In this document: positions 8,377 to 17,986 of the stretch, piece after piece | Numbering within the stretch: the stretch's first letter is position 1 | Layout: every line of letters begins with the position of its first letter | NCBI GenBank assembly: GCA_964603505.1 | Contig: CAZRVT010000002.1 | Span: forward strand, 10,312 to 74,311 | DNA: 64,000 nucleotides | Source of the DNA: an uncultured Holophagales bacterium | Lineage (GTDB): Bacteria; Acidobacteriota; Thermoanaerobaculia; UBA2201 | Direction: 5' to 3' | Translations under genes and position numbers: made by a program | The notes under the pieces: generated by a model | Seen by the model: only the letters and a program-made list of their open reading frames with translations | Database searches by the model: none | What the model was told of the DNA's origin: nothing

Positions 8377-10330
8377 GGGGCTCCTTCCGGCAGTCGATGA
8401 CGAGGGCGGCGGCCGGCCCGGTGAACATGGGGAGGATGACGACCCCCTGCTGGATGCGCTCGAAGCCGTCCTCGCTCAGCGAGACGGTGCGCAGGGGGAA
8501 GACGCGCAGGGGAACGGCCTTCCCCCAGGCCAGCGCCATGACCACCCCGTGCACCGTGTCGATCACCTCGACGCCGCCGGCCTCGGCGGCAAGAAGCTGG
8601 TCGAGGGGGTACTCGCGCGGCGAACCGGGGAGGCGGAGGAACCCCTCGGCGGGGCTGGCGGCCATCTCGACGGACCAGACGGAAGAGGGGGCTTCGTTCC
8701 ACGCCACTCTCGCCGTCAAGCAACGGCCGTCGAGGGTGAGGGTCTTGGTCAGCGTCCATCCGTCGCGCTCGCTCCGAGCGGTCAGGGTGTTTCCGGCCGC
8801 CTCGACGGCGGTCTCCTCCCGGACGCCCTTCCACACGTCGAGGTGGGCCGCCTCGTTGAGCGACTCGGGGACGCGGGAGAACTGATGGACGATGAGCCCC
8901 TTTCGCGGATGCGGGTCCTCCCGGACATCCTCCGTGAACTCCTCGGGGATGGCGTGGGCCATGTCGTGGATCGAGGCGTGGTCGCCGCCGCCGGCCTGCG
9001 CCGCCAGCTCGTGGTAGAGCTCGACGCGCCGGCGGCAGGTGCCGAGGAGGTTCAGCGGCGGGGTGCGGGTGTCCAGCTCCTCCAGGATGCCTCCGCAGGC
9101 CGGGCTGAAGAAGGCCTGCAACTCGGCGGTGCGGGCCCGCCAGCCGCAGGATGTGGGCTCCCATCCGGAGGGAGGCAGGGCCGCTTCGGCGGCGACGATG
9201 CGGGAAAAGATCTCCCGCTTGAGGAAGGGGAGGTAGAGGCCGCCGAAAATCCCGTGCCAGTAGGCGCAGTTGCATTGCGACTTGAGGAGGTCCTCATAGC
9301 CGGGGTCGCCGGGCGCCAGCGCGTTGGACGCCAGGACCATCCTCCGATACATCCATCGGGCCTCTTCATACTTGTCGAAGAACATCCGCCAGTAGCCGCC
9401 GCGGATAAACGGCTTCACCCGGTCGGCGTCCGGCCGGCGCTTCGCCTCCTCGATCAGGTGGTGGTAGGCCCGGCCCGCCTTCACGGGCAACGCCCACTCG
9501 CCCAGCTCCATGTAGGAAAGGGTGGGCATGTGGAGGGTGCCCCGGCTGGGGGTCTCGCGCAGCGCCTCGCTTACGGTGACGGTGCGGACCCATTCCGCGG
9601 CGGCAAGGTGCTCGAAGAAGCGCTCCAGCCACCCCTGCCCGAACACCCAGTCCCAGGTCTTGGGCCAGGTGCCGAACTTCTCCCCGTCGTCCACCATCGT
9701 CAGGAGGATGCCGGGGTGGGCCTCGGCCCGCTCCTGCAGGTGGGTGAACACCTCCTCCACGGGGGCGAAGGGGATGAGGTAGCGCAGTTTCTCGCTGATG
9801 GGGAACACCTCCACCTCGTGGTCCAGGTGGTCGGTGGTGAAGTGGCCGTGCACCTCGTCGGGCATCTTGCCGGAGGCGAAAAAGTGGCTATCGTCCACGA
9901 AGACCGCCCGGATGCCCGCGGGGGCGAGGACGGCGGGCAGTTGGGGCTCCCACACCCGCTCCGTCAGCCACAACGCGGAAGGGCGCCGGCCGAAGGTGCG
10001 CTCCAGCGTCTGGTTCATGAGGTCGAGCTGGGCCCGCTGGTCTCGCTCGGGCAGGACCGCCAGGATGGGCTCGTAGTAGCCCCCGCCCACCATCTCCACC
10101 TGTCCCCGGTCCGACAGGCGCCGGAGGAGGTCGATGAACTCGGGGTGGCGCTCGAAGATCCAGTCCAGGAGGCATCCCGAAAAGTGGGCCGAGCATTTCA
10201 CCCTGGGGTGGCGGCCCAGGAGCTCGAAGAAGGGTAGGTACGACTTCTGGTACGCCTTCTCGAAGACGAACCCGAAGTTGCCGATGGGCTGGTGGCAGTG
10301 GACTCCGAACAGGAACCTCAGACGCTCCAT
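8369..10330 (-). CDS. Glycoside hydrolase family 57 alpha-glucan enzyme (alpha-amylase / 4-alpha-glucanotransferase type)
   Basis: GH57 N-terminal pattern (FLFGVHCHQP, HFSGCLLDW, EMVGGGYYEPIL, WLTERVWEP); start moved to MERLRFLF inside the longer ORF. Confidence 0.8.
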   Translation of the reverse strand: MERLRFLFGVHCHQPIGNFGFVFEKAYQKSYLPFFELLGRHPRVKCSAHFSGCLLDWIFERHPEFIDLLRRLSDRGQVEMVGGGYYEPILAVLPERDQRAQLDLMNQTLERTFGRRPSALWLTERVWEPQLPAVLAPAGIRAVFVDDSHFFASGKMPDEVHGHFTTDHLDHEVEVFPISEKLRYLIPFAPVEEVFTHLQERAEAHPGILLTMVDDGEKFGTWPKTWDWVFGQGWLERFFEHLAAAEWVRTVTVSEALRETPSRGTLHMPTLSYMELGEWALPVKAGRAYHHLIEEAKRRPDADRVKPFIRGGYWRMFFDKYEEARWMYRRMVLASNALAPGDPGYEDLLKSQCNCAYWHGIFGGLYLPFLKREIFSRIVAAEAALPPSGWEPTSCGWRARTAELQAFFSPACGGILEELDTRTPPLNLLGTCRRRVELYHELAAQAGGGDHASIHDMAHAIPEEFTEDVREDPHPRKGLIVHQFSRVPESLNEAAHLDVWKGVREETAVEAAGNTLTARSERDGWTLTKTLTLDGRCLTARVAWNEAPSSVWSVEMAASPAEGFLRLPGSPREYPLDQLLAAEAGGVEVIDTVHGVVMALAWGKAVPLRVFPLRTVSLSEDGFERIQQGVVILPMFTGPAAALVIDCRKEPHV

Positions 10331-10548
10331 GCGTTCTCCTTGGAAATTGGGCAGGATGAAAATATACCCCAACAGATGACCGGTTGCAACAAGGGATCGA
10401 TATTCTCGCCGTCCGCGCCGGTCCCTCATCGGACTCTGTCGTGTCCCGCACGATCCGGCCCCCTCCTTCGGTTCTCAGTCCAAGGCCGTTCGCCGATTGG
10501 CCCGCCCCGGTTGCAAATCAATTAAATTGCGTGATATCATAGATTTGC

Positions 10549-11559
10549 ATGATTGAGATCCAGGTGCACCCGAGCGATATCCGCAAGAAGGTGCGCTATT
10601 ATTTTTTTTCGTCGCGCCAGCTGAAACTCCTGGGCCTCGGAGCGGTGGGGCTGATCGCGCTCTTCGTCTGGTCCATCCTGGTGGCGCCGCAGAGCTTCAG
10701 CCACCAAGTCAAGAAGGCGAAGTACCGCCAAGAGGTCAAGAAAAACCTCGCCCTCACCAACACCATCCAGGTGCTGCTGGGTTCGCTCAAACGGCATTCC
10801 GAGACCCTCGAGGCCAACCGACAACGGTTGGAGAACCTCTTTTACATCTTCGGCGTTCCCCTCACCTCGTCGGGGCAGGGCGGGATGGCCTTCACCCCCA
10901 TCCCCGCCAATCTGCCCAGTGATCAGGCCCTGCCCGCATGGTACGACCGGGTGCAGGAGAAGCTGACGCGCTCGGAGAAGTTGCTGGAGGAGCTGGAGGC
11001 CCACGAATCGTTCTTCCGGAGCATCACCACCGCCGTCCCCAGCGTCTGCCCCATCCCTGCCGGCTCCTTCGTCGTCTCCTCGGCCTTCGGCTACCGCATC
11101 AACCCGTTCACTCAAAAGCAGGACTTCCACCAGGGGCTCGACTTCGCGTGCCCCGAGGGGACGCCGGTGTGGGCCGCGGGCGACGGCACGGTGACCTACG
11201 CGGGGCGATACCCGCTCTCGACGTCGGTGGCGTGGTGGCGCTACGGCAACCTGGTCGCCGTCCAGCACGACCGGTATTTCATCACGGTCTATGCCCACCT
11301 CTCCACGGTCGGCGTGCGCGCGGGGGAGAAGGTGAAGCGGTGGCAGAAGATCGGGCGGACCGGCAACACCGGTTGGAGCACGCGCCCCCATCTGCACTAC
11401 GAGGTGCGCACCAACCTCTCGGGGGAGGACTTCGCCCCCATCGATCCTCGCATCTACATGCTCGACCTCGCCTGGCGGGACATGGACAAGATCCTGGCCC
11501 AGGCCCGTTCCACGCAGGGCTCCCAGTTCGAGCCCCTGCCATCAACCTTCAGGAGGTAG
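10549..11559 (+). CDS. M23-family peptidase (LytM/NlpD-like murein endopeptidase) with N-terminal membrane anchor
   Basis: HxxxD...GNTGWSTRPHLHYEVR M23 signature; TM helix near the N-terminus. Confidence 0.8.
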   Translation: MIEIQVHPSDIRKKVRYYFFSSRQLKLLGLGAVGLIALFVWSILVAPQSFSHQVKKAKYRQEVKKNLALTNTIQVLLGSLKRHSETLEANRQRLENLFYIFGVPLTSSGQGGMAFTPIPANLPSDQALPAWYDRVQEKLTRSEKLLEELEAHESFFRSITTAVPSVCPIPAGSFVVSSAFGYRINPFTQKQDFHQGLDFACPEGTPVWAAGDGTVTYAGRYPLSTSVAWWRYGNLVAVQHDRYFITVYAHLSTVGVRAGEKVKRWQKIGRTGNTGWSTRPHLHYEVRTNLSGEDFAPIDPRIYMLDLAWRDMDKILAQARSTQGSQFEPLPSTFRR

Positions 11560-11569
11560 CCATGAGCCA

Positions 11570-12257
11570 GCGTCCCGAGGAATTCCCCACCATGATCATC
11601 CCCAAGGGAACCGAGATCAAGGTCAACGACAAGGGCCAGCTCTCCATCCGGACCCCGGGGAACCTGGTGATCCAGAACTCGGGGAACTACTCGGTCCTCA
11701 GTTCGGAGCGGGGCTCCATCAAGGTGGAGCCCAATGTAAGCGTGGAGGCCGTGGAGGTCTCGGCCGCCGACACCTGCCTGGTGCAGGGGCACCTCACGGC
11801 CTGGCGGGTGAAGGCGCGCAAACTGCTCCTCGAAGAGAAGGCCCAGGCCTTCGTCATGCTGCAGGAGGCCCAGGACCTGGAGCTGGCCAAGAGCGCCCGC
11901 CTCGTCGGGAACTTCGCTTCGGACAAGGAGATCTTCCTGATGCTGGGCAAGTTTTCCCCCCAGCTCAAGGCCCTGCCCTCCGCCGTGGACGTGATGGACG
12001 ACCGGCCGCGGCTGGAGGAGCGCGCGGCGCCGCCCCCCGCCCAGCCCCTGCAAATGGCCCAGGTCATCCTGGAGCGCGAGTTTGGGCTCCAGACCTACGA
12101 CCCCGACAGCCTCCAGGCCCTGCGGGAGATCATCGCCTGCCTCAAGGCGGGCGACCGGGCGAAACTGCGGCAGATCTTCCCCATTTTCTCGGGGGCCGTG
12201 CGGGAGCCGTCGGCCGACACCCTCAAGGCCTTCGGCATCATCCGCGAGAACCTCTGA
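11570..12257 (+). CDS. hypothetical protein, possibly bactofilin-like (beta-helical repeat region) with C-terminal helical tail
   Basis: AGGAGG RBS 7 nt upstream of ATG 11570; N-terminal region with the alternating pattern GTEIKVNDKGQLSIRTPGNLVIQNSGNYSVLS reminiscent of bactofilin repeats; the longer track ORF from 10938 is spurious upstream. Confidence 0.4.
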
Positions 12258-12293
12258 CGCGCCGGAGCCGATCGGCCCCCGAAGGAGGAGCGG

Positions 12294-13388
12294 TTGCCCC
12301 CTACCCCTGATCCCGGCGCCTTCGACGCCCGGTGCATGGCCCGGGCCTTGGCCCTGGCCCGGAGAGGCCGCTACACGACCGCGCCCAATCCCATGGTGGG
12401 GGCGGTGGTGACTCGGGGCGGAAAGGTGGTCGCGGAGGGATGGCACCGCCGAGTGGGCGGACCCCATGCGGAGGCCGAGGCCCTGGCCCGCCTGAGGGGC
12501 AGCGGCCCTGCCACGCTGTATGTCACTCTGGAACCCTGCGTCCACCAAGGGCGCACCCCCCCCTGCGTAGACGCCATCCTCGCCTCTCCCGTCGACCGGG
12601 TGGTGGTGGCGGTCCCCGACCCCGATCCGCGGGTGGACGGGCGCGGCATCGCCGCTTTGCGGCGGGCCGGTCTTGCGGTGGAGGTGGGCCTGATGCGCAA
12701 GGAGGCGGAATTCCTGAACCGTTCTTTCCTGCATTGCAAGCGGACCGGGCTCCCCTATGTGATCGTCAAAGCGGCCATGACGCTGGACGGCCGCATCGCC
12801 GACCGGTCGGGGAGGAGCCGCTGGATCACCGTACCGGCCGCGCGCCTGGAGGGAAAGCGCCTGAGAGAAGAGGTGGACGCCATCCTGGTGGGGTCCGGGA
12901 CGGTCCTGGCCGACGACCCCCGGCTGGGACGGCTGCGGGAGCAGCCGCCGCGGCCCCCGTTGCTGAAAGTGGTCCTGGACCCCGAGGGCCGGGTCCGCCC
13001 CGGGGCGCGCCTCTTCCGCGGAGGGGCCGTGGTATGGGTGGTCGGCAGCGAGGCCGCGGTGGCGGCGATCCCGGACGGCGCGTTCCTGCTCCGCCTTCCG
13101 GCCCCGGGCGGCCGATTCCCGCTTCGGCGCCTCCTGAAGGCGCTCGCGGCGAAGGGGGTGCAGACGCTGCTGGTCGAAGGGGGAGGGGAGACGGCGGGGC
13201 GTTTCCTCGAGGCAGGCCTCGTCCAGGAGGCGGCCCTGTTCTACGGCATGAAATTGATCGGCGGCGGGGTGGATGGAATGGCGGGCTTCGCTCTTCCCCT
13301 CGGCCGCGCTTTCCGGTTCCGCCCCTTCCTCGCGCGAAGGCCCGGGGGGGATTTGTATCTCCGGGGGACCGTGTGTTCACGGGGTTGA
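12294..13388 (+). CDS. ribD: Bifunctional riboflavin biosynthesis deaminase/reductase RibD
   Basis: CMP/dCMP deaminase zinc motif (HAEAEAL...TLEPCVHQGRTPPC) plus C-terminal RibD reductase domain; strong RBS AAGGAGGA before TTG 12294 (ATG 12336 is an alternative start). Confidence 0.85.
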   Translation: MPPTPDPGAFDARCMARALALARRGRYTTAPNPMVGAVVTRGGKVVAEGWHRRVGGPHAEAEALARLRGSGPATLYVTLEPCVHQGRTPPCVDAILASPVDRVVVAVPDPDPRVDGRGIAALRRAGLAVEVGLMRKEAEFLNRSFLHCKRTGLPYVIVKAAMTLDGRIADRSGRSRWITVPAARLEGKRLREEVDAILVGSGTVLADDPRLGRLREQPPRPPLLKVVLDPEGRVRPGARLFRGGAVVWVVGSEAAVAAIPDGAFLLRLPAPGGRFPLRRLLKALAAKGVQTLLVEGGGETAGRFLEAGLVQEAALFYGMKLIGGGVDGMAGFALPLGRAFRFRPFLARRPGGDLYLRGTVCSRG

Positions 13389-13948
13389 TCGCGGACACCG
13401 GGGAGGTGGCCGCCCTCCAGGGGGAGCGCTTGTCGGTCCGGCCCAGCGCCCTGCGCGGCTTGGCTCCGGGGGCAAGCGTCGCCGTCAACGGCGTCTGCCT
13501 GACCCTCGAGGAGGAGCGCGACGGCCTCCTGCGGTTCGCGCTCTCGAAGGAGACGCTCTCCCGCTCGCATCCGTCCCTTTGGGCGCCCGGGACGCCGGTC
13601 AATTTGGAGCGGCCCCTGACATTGCAGGATCCCCTGGGGGGACATCTCGTCCAGGGCCACATCGACGGCACGGGCAAGGTCGTGCGGGGCGTGCCGGCTC
13701 ACGGGGGTGTCCTGCGGGTTTCCTATCCCCCAGCCCATCGGATGCTCCTCGTCGAAAAGGGCTCGGTGGCGGTGCACGGCGTCTCGTTGACCGTGGCCGC
13801 GCTTCTGCCCGGGGCCGTCTTCGAGGCCGCCGTCGTTCCCGAAACCGCCCGCCGGACCGTCCTGCCGCAACTGCGGCCCGGTCAGCCGGTCCATTTGGAG
13901 TTTGATATCATCGGCAAGTACATCGCCCAATGGATGAGGCGCGCATGA
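13373..13948 (+). CDS. ribE: Riboflavin synthase alpha chain
   Basis: Starts V/MFTGLI...; duplicated lumazine-binding repeat with VNGVCLT and VHGVSLTV; lies within a longer chimeric track ORF; 16-nt overlap with ribD. Confidence 0.8.
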   Translation: MFTGLIADTGEVAALQGERLSVRPSALRGLAPGASVAVNGVCLTLEEERDGLLRFALSKETLSRSHPSLWAPGTPVNLERPLTLQDPLGGHLVQGHIDGTGKVVRGVPAHGGVLRVSYPPAHRMLLVEKGSVAVHGVSLTVAALLPGAVFEAAVVPETARRTVLPQLRPGQPVHLEFDIIGKYIAQWMRRA

Positions 13949-14937
13949 GAACCTTCCAGTGGGGCGCCACCCCTGTGGTGCGGCGGTACAGTTCGTTGCA
14001 GGTGCCCTATTTCTTTCACACCCTGCTGGCCCTGCCCTATCGGCAGGTGGAGGCCGCGGGGCCGTCGGTGGTGTGGGAAAAGCGGCAGGTGGCCGCCCCC
14101 GGAGCGGTGGACCGCTGGGTGGTCGCCCAGCACTTCCGCGAGGACTGCCTGGCGGTGCGCGAGCCCCGCGAGAACGTCCTCATTCCCTACCTCCCCCGCG
14201 AGGAGGCGACCTACGGCCAGGTGGATGGAGTGCTGGCCCACTTCCGAAAGCTGGAATGCGGGGTCACCCTCCTTCTGGAGGAGCCCTTTCCCATCGAGGT
14301 CCCCGAGAGCGTGGCGGTGATGGTGTCGGGAGTCCCCTTGGTGATGGATAGCGGGCCTTTCGACCTGTGCGGCATGCCGCGGGTCCCGGCGGTGGTCTAT
14401 CCGGTGTTCCCCGGGTTCTCCGACGGGCTGGCCGATTGGGAGCGGCACTTCGCCCGCCTGCGGGAGCAGGGCGTGGAGACGGTGGTGCCCTTCGTGCCTC
14501 TGTTCGACGCCGTGACCATCAAGGGTTTTATGGAGACGGCCGCCCGGAGGGGTCGGGACCTGGCGCGCCTCCAGGAAATCTTCTTCCACCGCTCGCGCAA
14601 GGAATATGTGGCCCACATCTGGCAGCGCATCCTGCCCGCTCTTCACGCGGCGGGGCTGCGGGCGCTCCCCAAGCTTCCGCCGCAGGCGGGCGGACTCTAC
14701 CAGAATCGTTGCCTGGCCCTTCGCTGTTTCTTCCTCTGGCACTGGCTTGCCCTCTGCGGCCGAGAGATCGAAGCGTGGCGGTTCCACCGGGTCGGGTTTC
14801 TCCTCTGGCGCGCCGCCTGGGACGTCCGGCAAATCCAACGGGAGGGGAACCTGGGGCTGTTCGACCTCGACTTCCTCGACGACACGCTCCGCGGCCGGCA
14901 GCCCTTTCTCTATCCCGACGAGAAGCTCTGGCTCTGA
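13945..14937 (+). CDS. hypothetical protein, Trp-rich C-terminal half, no recognisable family
   Basis: ATGA start/stop overlap with ribE; long open frame between ribE and hemW with protein-like composition; no signal peptide. Confidence 0.5.
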   Translation: MRTFQWGATPVVRRYSSLQVPYFFHTLLALPYRQVEAAGPSVVWEKRQVAAPGAVDRWVVAQHFREDCLAVREPRENVLIPYLPREEATYGQVDGVLAHFRKLECGVTLLLEEPFPIEVPESVAVMVSGVPLVMDSGPFDLCGMPRVPAVVYPVFPGFSDGLADWERHFARLREQGVETVVPFVPLFDAVTIKGFMETAARRGRDLARLQEIFFHRSRKEYVAHIWQRILPALHAAGLRALPKLPPQAGGLYQNRCLALRCFFLWHWLALCGREIEAWRFHRVGFLLWRAAWDVRQIQREGNLGLFDLDFLDDTLRGRQPFLYPDEKLWL

Positions 14938-14959
14938 CGGGGCGCCCTCCGCCCTCCCC

Positions 14960-16012
14960 ATGCGCCTCTACTGCCACATCCCGTTCTGCCGCTCCAAGTG
15001 CGGGTACTGCGATTTTTGCTCCGGCCATCCCCCTGATCCGCAGGGACGATACATGGCCGCGCTCCGGCTGGAGCGCAATCGGCGGCTGCCGCCGGGGCCG
15101 CTCGACTCCGTCTATTGGGGCGGCGGGACGCCCTCGCTACTCGAGCCCTCCGCTCTGGCCCTCGCGATGCGCGGTCTGGAGCTGGCCGCGGAGGCCGAGG
15201 CGACCTTGGAAGCCAACCCCGAGGACATCCGCCCGGAGCGGCTGTCCGGATGGCGGAACCTCGGGATCAATCGGCTTTCGGTGGGCGTCCAATCGCTCGT
15301 GGAAAAGGAGCTGGATGCGCTGGGACGCCGCCGATCGCTTCAGGATTCCCGGCGGGCGATGGACCTCCTGGCGGCGCAATGGGACAACTGGTCGGTGGAC
15401 CTCATTGCTGGCGTGGAGGGGCAGTCCTGGCGGACCCTTTCGGCGACGCTCGACGAGGTCCTCGACCGGCGGCCCCCGCACCTTTCGCTCTACGCCATCG
15501 AGGTCAAGCCCGGTGCCCCGGTCCGGGCGCTGGGGCCGGACGCCGCCGCCGACCTGCTGACGGCGGCCTGGGAACGGCTGGCGGAGGAGGGGTACCGGCA
15601 TTACGAGATCTCCAATTTCTGCAGACCCGGCGCGGAGGCGCGCCACAACCTCGGCTACTGGCGGCGAGAGCCCTATTGCGGCCTGGGGGCCTCGGCCCAC
15701 TCATTTCTCGACGGGGTCCGCTCCTGGAACCTGGAGGACCCCAGGGAATACATGGAGGCGATGGAGGCGGGGAGGAACCCCACGGCCGGGGAGGAGGGCC
15801 TGGAGCCCCGCCAGGCGGCCTGGGAGGCGCTCCTATTGGGGCTACGCCTGGACGACGGGGTGGACCCCGGCGGGATCCCGGAGGAGCGTTGGGAGACGCT
15901 GCTGGAGGCCGGGCTGGTCCGAAGAAAGGAGGGGCGGATGGTCCTGACGGAGCGGGGGATGTTGGTCTTCAACGAGGTCGCCCTCTACCTGGAGCGGTCT
16001 TTCGGGCGATAA
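14960..16012 (+). CDS. hemW: Radical SAM HemW-like heme chaperone / oxygen-independent coproporphyrinogen-III oxidase-like protein
   Basis: CxxxCxYCxF radical-SAM motif (CRSKCGYCDFC), ~350 aa HemW-sized, HemN C-terminal domain pattern. Confidence 0.8.
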   Translation: MRLYCHIPFCRSKCGYCDFCSGHPPDPQGRYMAALRLERNRRLPPGPLDSVYWGGGTPSLLEPSALALAMRGLELAAEAEATLEANPEDIRPERLSGWRNLGINRLSVGVQSLVEKELDALGRRRSLQDSRRAMDLLAAQWDNWSVDLIAGVEGQSWRTLSATLDEVLDRRPPHLSLYAIEVKPGAPVRALGPDAAADLLTAAWERLAEEGYRHYEISNFCRPGAEARHNLGYWRREPYCGLGASAHSFLDGVRSWNLEDPREYMEAMEAGRNPTAGEEGLEPRQAAWEALLLGLRLDDGVDPGGIPEERWETLLEAGLVRRKEGRMVLTERGMLVFNEVALYLERSFGR

Positions 16013-16046
16013 AAACAAAACGCCCGCCGGATGGATCCGGCAGGCG
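16011..16046 (-). terminator. Rho-independent terminator of rpsT (hairpin 16021-16046 followed on the minus strand by UUUUGUUUUU) between convergent hemW and rpsT
   Basis: 9-bp stem with one mismatch and loop ATGGAT; the A-run 16011-16020 gives a U-tract on the minus-strand transcript. Confidence 0.5.
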
Positions 16047-16072
16047 CATCGGCGTGGGCGGGGGCGCCGCCG

Positions 16073-16366
16073 CTATTCGGCCTTCTTGATCTTGGCGACG
16101 CGTTTGGCGAGGCGGGACTTGGTCCGAGCCGCCGTCTTCCAGTGGATGACGCCCTTGCGGGCAGTGCGGTCGATCTCGGATTCGACCCCCGACAGAGCGG
16201 CCTTGGCCTCGGGCTTTTGCTCGTCAAGCAGGATCCGCAGCTTCTTCACGGAGGTGCGCATGCGGCTCCGGGTCGCCTTGTTGCGATCCCGGCGGACGGC
16301 GTTTTGCCGCTGCCGCTTCAGGACGGACTTGCTGCGTTTCTTGGGGGCCTTCTTCATCTGGGACAT
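16073..16366 (-). CDS. rpsT: 30S ribosomal protein S20
   Basis: Highly basic ~97-aa protein with the S20 pattern (KSVLKRQRQN...RSRMRT...). Confidence 0.9.
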   Translation of the reverse strand: MSQMKKAPKKRSKSVLKRQRQNAVRRDRNKATRSRMRTSVKKLRILLDEQKPEAKAALSGVESEIDRTARKGVIHWKTAARTKSRLAKRVAKIKKAE

Positions 16367-16376
16367 GGCGTTCCTC

Positions 16377-17186
16377 CTATCGTGCGGAGATCCCGAGGGC
16401 CGAGAGCTTCTCCTTGGCCATCCGGGCCTCCTCGCTGGTCGGGTACTCGTACATGCAATACTGCAGCTCGACGACGCCTTGGGTTTTGTCGCCGAGTTCG
16501 AAGTGGGCCAGCCCCTTGCGCAGGCGAGCGGCGGCGCCCTTCGCGGAGCGCGGGAACCGGGACAGGAGCTGGCCGTAGGACGCGGCGGCGTCCTTGTACA
16601 TCTTCAGGTTGAACTGCGATTCGCCCAGATAGAAGAGGGCGTCCGCGGCCTGCTCGGTCGTTCCGAACTCCCGGAGGAACTCCTTGAACCCCTCGATGGC
16701 GATCTCATAGCGGGCCTGGAGGAAGTCGCCGTAGGCCTCGGCGTACAGTTCGACCGGAGAGGCGGGTCCGTCGGCGGGGGCCGGCGCGCCGGGGAGGGGG
16801 GCGGAGGGAGAGGTGCCGGGAAGGGATGCGCCCGGGGCCGTCTGTCCGCGGAGCTGTTCGAGCGACCGCTGGTTCTGAACGAGCTGTTGGGAGATCTGCG
16901 TGAGCCGCGCGTTGGTGTCGCGGAGCTGCTCCCGCAGGGCCTCGATCTCGGTGGAGAACTCGTTCACCTTGAGGGCGAGGTCGGCGTTGGCCCGGACGAT
17001 CCGCTGGGTTTCCTTCTCCAGCCCCTGGCCCGCCTTTTGCACATCGGCGCGGGTGGCGGACTCCTCCCGGACCTTCAGGACGTCGGCGTGGAGGTCGTTG
17101 ACCTCGCGGTGGAGCCGGTCCAGATCCGAGGAGGAAACGCACCCCGCCAGGAGCAGGCCGGGGACGAGAAGAACGGCGGATCTCAT
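16377..17186 (-). CDS. cpoB: Tol-Pal system protein CpoB/YbgF-like (coiled-coil plus C-terminal TPR)
   Basis: Signal/lipobox N-terminus, long coiled-coil, C-terminal TPR block; immediately downstream of pal; the 476-aa track ORF is an over-extension. Confidence 0.7.
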   Translation of the reverse strand: MRSAVLLVPGLLLAGCVSSSDLDRLHREVNDLHADVLKVREESATRADVQKAGQGLEKETQRIVRANADLALKVNEFSTEIEALREQLRDTNARLTQISQQLVQNQRSLEQLRGQTAPGASLPGTSPSAPLPGAPAPADGPASPVELYAEAYGDFLQARYEIAIEGFKEFLREFGTTEQAADALFYLGESQFNLKMYKDAAASYGQLLSRFPRSAKGAAARLRKGLAHFELGDKTQGVVELQYCMYEYPTSEEARMAKEKLSALGISAR

Positions 17187-17740
17187 TTGGCGGTGATGAC
17201 GAAGTGCGCCCGGCGGTTCTGCGACCAGCACGACTCGTCGTGGCAGTCGGCGAAGGGCTTCTCCCTTCCATAGGAGATGGTCTGCATCCGATCGGGATCG
17301 GCGCCCAGGGCGGCCAGGTAGGCCTTCACGGCCTCGGCGCGGCGGGTGCCGAGGGCGATGTTGTACTCGCGCGTTCCACGCTCGTCGCAGTGGCCCTCGA
17401 TCACGACGCGCACCGAGGGGTTGCGGGACAGGAAGAGGGCATTCTGCTGCAGGGCGTCGCGGAACTCGCCTTTGATGTCGGACCGGTTGTAGTCGAAAAA
17501 GACGTCCTGGAGGTAGCCCTTGCGGTTGAGCTCCTCCAGGGAGTAGGTGAGCGCCTCCGCGGCGGGGGTGTCGGTGGCGGGAACGGCCACCTGGGGCTGC
17601 ACGGGGGTGGGACCGGACTCCGCCGGGGCCGGGGCCGGGGTGGGTGGGGGCGGCGTCGGGGGGGCGGCCGCCGGAGCGGGGCGCTTGTGGGCGCATGCCG
17701 CCAAGACGATCAACAGGACGAGCCATACGAGCTTTTTCAT
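17183..17740 (-). CDS. pal: Peptidoglycan-associated lipoprotein Pal (OmpA-family C-terminal domain)
   Basis: Lipobox LAAC, proline-rich linker, OmpA-like domain (NRRAEFVI-type ending HFVITAK). Confidence 0.85.
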   Translation of the reverse strand: MKKLVWLVLLIVLAACAHKRPAPAAAPPTPPPPTPAPAPAESGPTPVQPQVAVPATDTPAAEALTYSLEELNRKGYLQDVFFDYNRSDIKGEFRDALQQNALFLSRNPSVRVVIEGHCDERGTREYNIALGTRRAEAVKAYLAALGADPDRMQTISYGREKPFADCHDESCWSQNRRAHFVITAK

Positions 17741-17762
17741 CCGGGGCCTCCCGAAAAGATAA

Positions 17763-17838
<76 letters not shown>

Positions 17839-17986
17839 ACCGGCCGCGATTATACCAAACTCCCCCCGCTTCGTCAACATCACCGGCCCGTCCAAGGAAT
17901 GCCCGATCGGCGGCGTCCTGATCCGTGTGGACCGCACTCCAGGCCCGCCCCGCCCCGTGGCGGAGCCCAACGGAAAGGAGGCCGAT

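Noticed and set aside
12332-13948. 538-aa plus-strand ORF
   Set aside because: Chimeric: the first ~1 kb is a spurious alternate frame over ribD, and only the last 576 nt (from GTG 13373) encode riboflavin synthase.
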